A DNA stretch of 64,000 nt. Origin: Nymphaea colorata (taxonomy: Eukaryota). The first letter of the stretch is position 1. Each line of letters starts with the position of its first letter. Positions 10,601 through 22,600 of the stretch are shown here, one piece after another. Below the pieces are notes generated by a model that worked only from the letters and a program-made list of their open reading frames with translations, was not told where the DNA came from and made no database searches. The translations under genes were made by a program, and so were the position numbers. Location: NCBI RefSeq assembly GCF_008831285.2, contig NC_045138.2, positions 21,204,001 through 21,268,000 of the forward strand, in the 5' to 3' direction.

Positions 10601-13600
10601 AAGGAAGGACACATAAACTTGTCCTTGGAAAAACAAAACTAGGAAATCCGATCTATCCGTGTAGATGGTATCTAAAGTAAAACCAGAAATGAAGTCTATG
10701 TAGAAATGTGCAAAATGAGTCTAGTTGCTAAAAGCTATTCTCAAGAATATAAAATTGATTAGGATGAAAGTTTTGTTCTTATATCCCATATGACAAGTGT
10801 TAGGACATTGATTTACATCATGCTTTCCTCGACATCATCTTCAAAGGGTGTGTAGAGTGTAGACTGTGAGGAAATGGAGGAAGGCAGCACCACCATCAAT
10901 TCAAAGTTGATGGTGACTAGCGAGGAAAGGGTTGTTGAAGTTCTCCATATTTTCTTTCAAGCTCAATATGGTTGAAAGAAGTACCCAAAAAAAAAAAGAA
11001 AGAAGAGTTCCTTAAAAACAAATTGAAATCAATGCCATGGCAATAAGCTTGAAAGGAACTCCAAAAGATATGACTTCTTCATTCTCGTACACAAACTAAT
11101 AAAGAACAAAGAAACTAAGCACAACAAGCATTTTGAATCTTTCAAATGAAGCAGCAGGATATAGCCAAATAATGATGTCTCATTTTAGATAAAATGAACT
11201 AACATACCAAGATCCTATATAACATGCACATTGACATTGCAGCAATCACCACTAATCTAATAGAAGTGTATTATGAGATGTAGGATGCAAGCAAGAATTA
11301 TGAGAAAGCACAGGAGAGCACTTAATTCTTAAATAAACAAAAGCAAAACGTAAGAATAGAAGACCCAATCTAGAAATTTGAACTCACACTGAATGTTGAA
11401 CAACCAATCTCTTCTAAAACGTCTGAAGCAGCATTCATATAATAAACACAAGTCCTGTATGAAATGAAACTAGATCATTTTCTTGGAGATCAACAACATT
11501 CCTCCTCTACATATCACTACTAAAACAAACAAGAATGTAAAACAGCAGTGGCCTGATAGTTATATAAATCATCCCCCAATTAGCATCAACTTATGCAACC
11601 AATTATAAATTATAATGAAGTAGTGGATGATAACAACATTCCTTTGATGTTCCCTACTATCTGAGTATCTGACAATATGTAGGATAGCACTCATATGTGC
11701 AATTAAGGAGCACATAGAAACTAAGTATCCATGTCTGGTCTGATGACGCCAAGATACATAATTAACCAACCAATTGTTTGTAAGAGTTGGGTTTCCAAGG
11801 ATGTCATGACATCAAGCTTCAACTTAGACCTAACTAATTTTTGGGTTTTACCAATTGTTTGTAAGAGTTGGGTTTCCAAGGATGTCATGACATCAAGCTT
11901 CAACTTAGACCTAACTATTTTTTGGGTTTTAACACCTTTAACCTTCGTTATTCCTGATCTAGTAACAACGACAAAACAAACTTTATATCTGCCAAGAGGT
12001 TACATGACTTAAATTCTCACAAAACAAATTAAAAGAATAACAATATAATGACAAAACATGGTTTTAGATCAGGTTACATTGATATAAAATGTGGTTCTAC
12101 ATCATGTTACATTGATACTGCATTATTTTCTAAAGATACTTGTGCAAGAAAAAGAACTTTACTACTTTATGTTGATGATATGCTGATGACCGCTAGCAAA
12201 AAGAAAGGAACTAAGGAAGTTCAATCCTTTTTCTAGAAACACGCTTACAATGATTTACTTGAGTTTTTAAAACTACTTTTTAGGAATTGAAGCCGCTCCT
12301 GCACAAGGATATTCTGTCGCAAACCAACTTTGCTTTAAACATTGTTGCCAAGTCTAGAACAACAGCTGATAAAGACTAAAGTTGTTGTAACTCCTGAAGT
12401 AGTAAGAACTAAGATGAAAATTGAGTGGGGTTTAGGCAATGTTGTAAAATGCATATCGTAACGTGTATTGGACGGATCGACCTATATGTTGTATCGTAAA
12501 CGAATCATAAAATTATATTTTTAAATCCAAAAAATCAGAAAAGAAAATTTAAAAGTTACATTCTTCATTAAAAAATCATATTAACTCTAAAATTAATATT
12601 TCACATTTAAACGGCCATGAATTGCATCAAATATCAAACGTACAATGATAAAAATATACATAGTGCAAAAAGCAAGCACATTTTCATTAGAAATAATTAG
12701 AATTGAGAAATTAAGTCACTCTCAATATTTAAATGGATATCAAGCAAACAAGCATTAGTGTGTATGACTTACTCCTCGAGGTCTTGAAAAACTTAATGGC
12801 CATAAACTTCAAAAGAAAAAAAGAATGGAAGAAATAGACCAAACAAAGAAACCAGTAAAGACCTATTTTTTGATGCCTAACATCAGCTCTTAACTTCTTT
12901 TCACTTTGAAATGCAGGAAACACCTCTCATGACATGCTTGCTATTCAGCCTTAAGGAACTTATGTACCCTTAAGATTAAAAAAGAAAATTGTGACACTAA
13001 TGTACACCTTATGATGCAGATATTAAGCATAGCCACAAATATCACTCTCGAAAATTAAAAAAAGAAAAATGTTAGGTAAAAATACAAGAAATGAAAAACT
13101 GATAAGTATTGTATTGCATTTAGGAGGTCATGTTAAATAGCTAAAACAAGAGGAAATAAAACAAAGGAACAAAAGTTGAAAACAAATAAAAACAGAAAAT
13201 GAAATAAAAAATAATTGAAAAAAATGCGACAAAAGCGCATTAAAATTACGATAAATTCATTTTTAATGTTTTTTTAATATATCACGATACTTTCCCATTT
13301 TATTTTTTTTTCTCGTTAAGCAATGTCTGTGGCTATGATATTGAGGTATACCACAAGTCACAAACAATATAGTACTAATACCCTTGGAACTAGTTGAGTG
13401 AGGTAACCATGCAATCGACATGAGTACAGGTACGGATACGCATTTGGACACAGGTCGGACATGATCAAACCTATGTTGGATGATATCAACGCACACATGG
13501 CTGTATCTGTCCTTTTTTGGACTTGGACAAAGTTGACCAAGTCCATTTTGTCCACTAATTAGGTTCTAAACCATCATGTATATACAATGAAGATGAAGAG

Positions 13601-16600
13601 CCATCAGCAGACACTAAAGGGATGTTCATGTTCTTTGTGGTCTAACTCTATCAGTTCAGCAGGATTTTCCAATGATATTTTCCGGCGATTTTGCAGCAAC
13701 CTAGTTTTCTTTAGTGAATTTTCTATATTTTTTGTTTGTTAAAATCTTATTTTGTGTTATATAAATATATGTGCATGTGTACAGCCTCGTACCCAAATTT
13801 TTGAAAGTGCTTTACAACCATACCAGCACCTGTACTCGTACCTATGTGACATAGGTTTCAAGAGTGCACCTAATTGGTCACCCCTAGTTCACATTTTGTA
13901 TCATAACATATTTGTGCATGTCACTAGACTCACTACAACAGTCCACCTTCTATCTTCTTTGCCCCTCTACAAAAACATGAAAAAGAAAATCATGACAACC
14001 ATCATTGACCGTATCATCAATATACATTCTAACCAGTCTCCAGATACTATGTAGCTAACATCAATCAGCAACATTTGTCTCACTAGCATTTTCAAATTCC
14101 TGCAATTCCCATTTAAAACAAGCCTAGCTAAGAGAAAAACAAAAGAAATATCAATGAGTAATGCAATCTAGAAATAGCAAAAAACTGGAATTTACCTAAA
14201 CGTGGGTATATGCTGTTTAAGCTGAAGCTTAGGAAATCATTTAGGACTTATAGTGTGAAACTTTGCAGGAGTAAATGCTGTGGAGCTTTCAGTTCATGTG
14301 GAACAACTGGTGTCATGCGCTCACATGAACGCCAAGAAATTTTGACAGCTATATGTGGAGAATAGAACAAGTACAAGATTTTCATATCCACTTTCAATCT
14401 ACTCTTAAGATGTCAAAAACCCATCAAGCATATGAAATTTTTATATGTACTGGAAGTAAATCATAAGCATGTATCCCACATGGGCTGCCGTCAAAGACGT
14501 CTAAAAAATGAGACTGACAATGAAGAGATCTAAAAAACAGTTCACTGATGTGAGATTTGTTAAACAACAAGGTTTTCGGATCCTCCATCTGGATCCAAAA
14601 TCCAGCACGTTGAACGATGTCTCACGTTATTCAGTGCCCTTGTAATATGTGAAGTCTCTTACGATTCTACGTTCTTGTAAACTGTGTTGAGGTATTCAAC
14701 GTCCTTGCAATATGTGAAGTCTCCTAGGATTCTACGTTCTTGTAAACTGTGTTGAGGTATTCAATGTCTTTGTAATATGTGAAGTCTCCTAAGATTCTAC
14801 GATGAAGAGTCTCTTAGGATTCTGCAATTGTAACTGTTATCTCTTATAAATATGGGCCATGTAGACCATCCTGGTCACGGCTTCTTCTTCTCAGCTTCTT
14901 CTTGTTTCATTCTTTCTCTCTACCTTCCTGCATCAATACAGATTTCTAGTTGCAGATATTGGTGCCAGATTTCTATCAAGATTGAGCAGACCAGTTTTGA
15001 CTTCTGAGTTAATATTCCACGAATCATGACATGAACATGTAAGCAATGATGTAGTGAAGATTAACCAGCCTCAATCTACCGGCGGTTTTTAAATAAAAAT
15101 AGGTGTAAAGTCAGCATGAATCTACACATGGTTGGTCAGGTTAAAAACATATGTATCAAATTCTTTTCACCTCGAACTGCACTTCATTGGGCTTAGGGCC
15201 ATTTAGTTAACAAAGAAAGAGAGTTTTTATATGTAAAGATACACAAGATAGGCAGAATTACCGGTCACAGTCATCACTTACGGAACCTGCAATGCCTTCA
15301 GGAAGGCCAAATACAGTCCAGAACAGTTCCAGGTCACAAATGTAAGTCATAGCTTTTACAGCTTGATTGCCAGATACCATGAGATCAACCTGCAGAAACA
15401 ATAGCACAGGGTTATATTCACAATTGGTTATAAATTATTAGCAAGCAATATGTCCAGCAGGGTAGCAAATAGCAATTCAAATGCTGAACTATGGATTAAC
15501 AAAAATGTATATAATTTTCATTAAAAAATGCACCATGTGCAAAAAAATAAGGCATTACTTCATGGCCTATCCTCTCTTTGCTAACTTTATCAGATACTGC
15601 AGCTTTAACTTCATCATCAGAAGCAGCCCTCTTCAGCTCCTCATGCAGTCGGAATCCAAATCTTGCACCTAGCAGATAGCATACAATTAAGTTCCTAAGT
15701 GCCCACAGGACATCACCTACCAAAAAATATGCAGGACAAGCCCTAGATACAATCATTGCACAGATATAGTTGCAGTATGTGAAAGGCACCTATTAGTTGC
15801 TTAGATCTAGAACTGGAGGTAAAATTGTTCATCCCAGGCCTGAACCAATGTCCACCCCTAACTCTAAACCATAGTGACCAAAACTTTCTTGCGGTTTTTT
15901 CTTGGGTATAATATGGCAAGCTTGAAAAGAACAGGAAAAATACAGTAAACATGTAAAAAATTTAAAAAAAAATAAAAAGTAAGGAAAAATAAATAAGGAG
16001 CAATTAATAATTCAAAGTTCAAACATCAAAAATAAGTAAATTTGCTACAAATAAAAAATAGAAAATGAAAACAAGCAGTTTGGCATTAAAAACCTTGAAA
16101 ATAAAATTGAAAAAGGGAAAAAAAAACTTGTTTTTTCGGGTTTTTTTTCTTTTTGGCATTTTTAAAAAAAAATGGCATTTGTTTTTAAGTTTTAAACAGC
16201 CAACTTATTTTTCACTTTTTTGTGATACGCTTTGAACCATCGAAGTAAGCAGATTGGACCGAATTATACAAAGTTCATGCAATGTAACATGCATGTGAAT
16301 ATAAATCATTGGGTATGATGAATAATGGAAATGATAATACAAAAACATGCAAAGCTATCTGTTTTATATGAAATCAAAATTCACCAACATTTTGCATTTA
16401 CATTATTCTGGCAATTTGAAATTGATACACTCAGAACCAAAAAGATACCAAATCGGATAGCTCGCAGGACTCGAAGAGGATCATCCAAGAAAGTAGCTTT
16501 TGGAGGTAATGGAGTAGCAATAGTTCCTTCTTTTAAGTCTTCTATGCCTGAAAGAAAAGATATAGCAACCTAATTTGTGTGACAGAATACAAAAATATAA

Positions 16601-19600
16601 GAATCAGATGGGTAGAATTCAAAAACAGTTTGAATGAGTTGTAATGTTACCTCGACCAGTCAAATCCTCAACCGTATCAGTATTTATATTGTAGAATAAG
16701 CTGCCAAAACAGAAATTAAAATCACTCATTTCAAAGCCAAAAAAACACTGTTTGCCCAATATGGTGGAGCTAACCTTAACCAATTCTTACTTCCCGAAAA
16801 CAAATACATAGTAAACCATCAATTGCCTACAAAATCTGAAACTTGAGAGCTTGGCCAACTCTACCTAAGAAGCATAATTGTGCAATAGAGTTTCTTTCTC
16901 AAACATTTCCAACATTGAATCCTTCCACAATTTTCTTACCTTGTTTGACTGATAGTTCCATCAATTGATTCTCTTGTCATGATCAATTACAACATTGCCA
17001 GGCTTGCCCCCTTGAAATTTGATTATCGCAACCAATTACAATATTGTCAGGCTTGTCCCCTTGATCGTACAATATATTTACATTATTTTGTGTTTTTATA
17101 GTCCATTTACTTAAGATAATACATTTAAAACAGAAAGTATCTCCATTTCAATCTAACTAAAAACAACAAAGAATTAAAATTTGAATAAAATGAAAAGGAA
17201 ACTCCCAAGATCTAGATTATATGGGCAGGCTTTGAGATTGTACATTCCATTGGCTCTAGGTAAAACAGATCTCATGCACAAGCTAGTTGGGCCAGAAAAG
17301 CGTCAGACGGTCAGAGTATCCGAGCTGACAGATGAGTTGCAGAAAACCGAAGCCATGCATTGGGCCGAGCCAGTCCGTACAGGGGAAAGCATGTATTACA
17401 CACAATGGAGTATGGACTATGGACTACTGCAAACGGTCACCCAAGATCCCGTGGGTGACACAGAAGGCCTGATAGGCTGCCCAAGCGTGCAATCATGTAT
17501 GAAAAGTGAATCAGGCCTAAGAGGAGTCGTATCAGCCCTTCACCCAAAGAAAGCTTGGCAGTCAAGTGCCACATGCCTCTCTAGGCTGCACACTTGCACA
17601 TGTACCATGTAAAGTTCTGTAATAAGGGTGCCTATATAAGGACATTCTCCAAAGCCTTGCGGGGGTTTTTTTACTTAAAAGAGAGAAGGGCCTCGGCCTA
17701 AGTAAAACTCTAGGGCCTTACCTTCGCCGCTGGATAGAGTTGAGTTGCACTTGTCCTTGGGAAACAGCCTCTGGAGCTTAGCTGCCCTAGAGATGTGAAA
17801 GCTGCAAAGCTTTGAAAACCTTAGGCCGCACTGGGCATGTAGAAAAAAAAAAGTAGTCATACAACAGTTTTTTATGAGCACCCCAAATTTCCTCCAAGCT
17901 CTTAGCCTTGTTTTCAATTAATTTTCCAAGCTTCTATTCCAAATTTCTTAAGCATTTCATGAGAATTGGCTCTAAGATGCTTCATTTACTGATTAGTATG
18001 ACCAACTCCAAACCCTAGATCCAAATCTAGGATCAACTCCAAGCCTTAAATCCAAAACTAAGGCCAAACCTAATTCTTAGATCCAAAACTGCATCAAATC
18101 TAAGCCTTAAAATCCAAAATCTAGGATCTAAATTCTAAACTTAAACCAAATCTAGGTCCAGTCCATGCCCTCAATCCAAACCGAAGCCCAATTCCTAGCA
18201 TTGAGTCCAAAACCAGATCCAAGCCCACTTTAGATTTGAATGCAAATTCACATCCAAATTCTAGATCTAAATCTTGATTTGTACCCGATCTTTATATCCA
18301 ACACTCTAGATCCAAATTTCTTCATCTAGATCTTAAACTAGATCCAATATTAGAGTCTTGATCCCAATCCGAGTACTAGGTCCAAAAAATCACAATTCAA
18401 GATCTAGATCCAAAATTGAAGTCTAAGTCCTAGAACATAATCCTAGTTTGAATCTAGAACCAAAATCCAGATCGAAATAATACTCAATGTCTCAATATTC
18501 TAATCTAAACTGCAAACCCAAATTTCATGCATCAAGTATTAATTTAACCTCAACATTTTGGACAGCCCATCCAAGATCCAAGATCTATTTCAAAAACAGG
18601 ATCCATGCTTGCATCCAAGATCCAAATCCCCATACTGTTTTGGAATTATCTCTAAACCCAAATCCAAGATTCATGCTCAAGATCATGCTTGGATATCTAA
18701 CTCAAGTTCAAGCTTTCCACATTCTAATCCGGGTCTAAAAGTTGGATCCAAAATGCGAAACCCAAACTAGATCAAATCTAGATTTGAAATCTAAATTCAA
18801 ACTCAAGTGTCTTCTATCCAAATTTCAAAATCAAGAATAGAATTTAAAAATCCAAAAATCAAGTTCAAGGTTTCAAATAAAAAAAAAAAAGTCAAAATCT
18901 AGTGAAAAAAACATAACAATAACATATTAAAAAGAATGATGGGCAGGCCGGCCAAGCATTAGCCAACCACCCTGCCAATGAATGGCTGGCACGCTTCTAG
19001 AACAGTGTGCCCTTAAGCAGGGCACAGCAGGCTCTTGGCCCGGCGTGTAGGAGGTTCCATGCTCAAATCTATATGCTGCCACTTTTTAAAAAAATAAATT
19101 TTTAATGAAATGCTTGACTCGGCTCAACCCAATCTTCAGCTCGAGCCGAGTTCGAGTTTTAAGAACTCGAGCTCGAGCTAATGAAATCGAACTTGACTCA
19201 AGCTCGAGCCGAGTTCGAGTTTCTTTCAAGACACTCAAACAGAGTTCGAGCTGGCTCAACTCTACCTGAACTCGCACATGAACAGCCCTAGTATACTAGT
19301 ATCTACTACCTTGGATCTACCATCCACTAGCAAGAACTAGAACCTCTCTCTCTCTCTCTCTCTAAGAAAACTCCAGTAAGCACTTCTCATCTCAATGTGG
19401 GAGACATAGCAAGTTGAAGGAGGAGTAGCAAACAAGCTCTCATGTCATTTTCACGGGCTTAATTTTCAGCCAATGTAGTGCCAAGGGTTACCCCAAGCCT
19501 TTGCTTAGTCTACTCATCTTACTGTAGCAAAAGTTATTCTTTTGGATTAGACAAAAAGCATCCCCAAGCACCTGGCAAATGTCACTCAGATCCTTCATTT

Positions 19601-22600
19601 CTCAACTATCGACAAAAAATGGTCAGATTCTATCAAAACATTTTATTCCTTCAAATGGCTTAGGAACCATGCAAGCAAATTGGGGAAAACTCTCTTCAAA
19701 GAAAGTCATTAATTAAAGCCAATTGTCTATTTTAAGCAAGATAGACAACCATCACATCATTCGATGTCAAGCTTTCACTCTGCTTGACCCTATGTCAGCA
19801 ATGCACAATTGCAACCATAGCCTGTGTGTCCACTAAAAAAAATTAGACCTAAGCCATGTCTCCATGTGCAAACCCAACATGACACATGAAAATTGGCTTG
19901 CTGATGGTCCATAACTTTGCTAGAAGTACGTTGGATTTGAAATTTCTTTTGAGATACATCTATGTTACGAAAATGAAATAACCATATAGTGACCAGATGC
20001 CTGGAAAGGTAATGTAGCTTCCATGAAAATGACTGATGCATGACTAGACAAAAGTAGAAAGCAGGCCTGCGGAGAATAAGAATATAAAGAAGCATTGAAG
20101 GCTTTGGAGTTGTACCTGGACTACTTTTTCAGTATGGATCCTACTTGAGCCCCAAACTGGGCTACTGTTTTTTCCAATTTTTAAGTAATTGTTATGGGAA
20201 TGTGGTGATTGATGAATGAATATTGAGATGTCTCTTTTGAATTGTTCCTTTTTTTTTTCCTAATTTGATTGTCCCTAGTGAACTACAGGCCGATGGCACA
20301 CTAGCCTCGCCAAAATTGAGAACAGAAGCATCCAAGCGAATGGAAGGTTCTCTATACATCTTACAGCAATCTATGTTGTAAATGCAGAGACAACTAAGAA
20401 GCAAAGAAAAAACCAAGCGGAAGTCGAGTACCTGTTAATAGTTAAATCTCTCCTATAGGCATCTTCCTCGGCCGTACCAAACTTCTGCAACATTGTATAA
20501 AGGACAATTAAATAAACGTGACTAGTAATAAATGTCATTAAAATAGCTTTAGGGGTTTTAATTTTCAACAAATATTAGTTAATAGAATAGACACCATAAT
20601 AAAGGATAAGCAATTAAGTTTATTCAGACATGCTAAGTTGATATTTAATTGATTGGAAATTTATGTACAACTGAACCCAATGACAAATAAGAAGATATTA
20701 GTATTTTCTTTCAAAATTCAGCCTCAATTACTAGGTTGCATAGGCTTCTCTTTCTTGCAGCCAGAATGTTGGTGGGATTGGATTGTCAAGGATATCCTGA
20801 ACCTAATCAGCTTTATCACTTACATGTTAAATTAGTCACACTGTAAGTTACATGCAGCCATGGACAAGCTAAAGCATCTTCAACCAAATCTAAACATATA
20901 GAAGAAACCATTTAGAACATAACCAATTCAACTTTATGCTACGACTCAAAGTTAGAAAAAGTGCATTTTTTATTGTATATATAAGCAATATGATGATTTT
21001 ATGAGTAACATACTAAGATCAATAAATTACTTATCAACAATGCAAACTGCTGTGTTAGAAAGCACAAGTGACTGTAGAGCAGACTGGAAACTCTTGGGAA
21101 AAATAGATAGAGGATTCGCAAGTAGCCGAGCATGTAAATTGAAGATCTGGTTAGCAATTCCACATATGAAAAGATGTGCAAGTCTAAAAAATAGATACAT
21201 GATAAATACCATACAAACCAAACTTGGCATTCATTGTACCGTAGTATTATTCTTCTTATAACCCTGGTGCAAAATTTTATGCATAAATATTGTAAGGTCA
21301 ACCCTAAATATATTCATTTCCATCATCAAAATCATCATCCCACTAACCCACACAAAGTTGTATGCAATGTTCAAAGTTTGAAGTCCATGATAAGCATGGG
21401 CATCAGGTGGGGTACCCAACCCGACTCGAGCCCCAAAAAAGCCACCGGGCCGGCTCTGGTGGGCCCGACTAAGCCCGGTTCGGCCCAATAAGATTTTTTA
21501 ATATTAATTTTATTGATTTTATAGATAATTATATGATTTTATTATGATTAATTATATTTATATACTATTTTATATTAAAAATATATGTTTTTAATTTTAA
21601 TCAGGCTAGGCCCGGGCTCGGGTTTCGAGCCAAACTCAGGTCTTCGGTCGGGCCTGGGCTGGCCCGATGCCCAGGCCTAGTCCATAACCACAAATATCGT
21701 TTTCACTTTTCAGGCTTTCATTGGAGAGTTTTTTCTCGGTCTTTTTCGGCAAAGTTGTTTTTTTTATTTTGGGGGGGCGGAGGGGAACCTCGAGAAAATC
21801 TCAGAGTTTTTTAAAAAATAAAAAATTAAAATTTTAGGTAAAAATACATGAAATGAAAAACTAATAAGGAGATATTAAAAAACATCTAGTTAAAATAATA
21901 AAAATGATAAAAGTAATACCGATTCTATTGCATCTAGGAGGTCATGTTAAATACCTAAAACAAGAGGAAATAAAACAATGAAAACAAAAGTTGAAAAAAA
22001 TAAAAACAGAAAATGAAATGAAAAATTTGTGATAAAATCACAATAAATTGATTTTTAACGTTTTTTTAAATATCATGATATTTTCCAGTTTTTACTGTTT
22101 TCTTCATTTTTCTCGTTAATATCGCAATATTTTCGAAAATATCATGATATTTGTGGCTATGGTCTGAACATTCATCATATAATACAACATGGAGGAGGAA
22201 TAGAGGGATTTATACCATGGCTGGAATGCGACTATGTTCTGCATAGGTTTCTGATCTCAAATTGACAAAGTCAATCCACATATCAAAGATACGCATTCTT
22301 GCAGTTTCCAAGTGCTTTGACTGGTCAGGATTGCTGCAACGCCAATAGACAATCCCAACATTTATCAACAATACAATGTAATAATAATGGTGTATTATGA
22401 TTCTATGAAGTATGAACCAATCAATCATATAGAATGCTTAAGGAAGCACTCCTTAAATAGTTGCTTACCAACTGATTTTATCCATTTAAGTCATGCCAAA
22501 GTCAGTTTGATATGATGCATAGAATAATTCGCTAATGTTAAAGTTATTACAACATAATAATGATGACAATTACATCAAACACCAAGGACCAACAACCTTT

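Noticed and set aside
15669..16448. CCA intron 6 as a U12-type intron (donor GTATCTTTT, CTTAAT about 18 nt from the acceptor)
   Set aside because: The donor lacks the second C of GTATCCTT and the branch region GAACTTAAT matches TTCCTTAAC poorly; it fits an ordinary U2 intron. U12 matrix scoring would settle it.
17181..17612. 143-aa ORF as a nested gene
   Set aside because: Non-ATG start, no recognisable domain, and it lies in an LTR-like GC-rich block.
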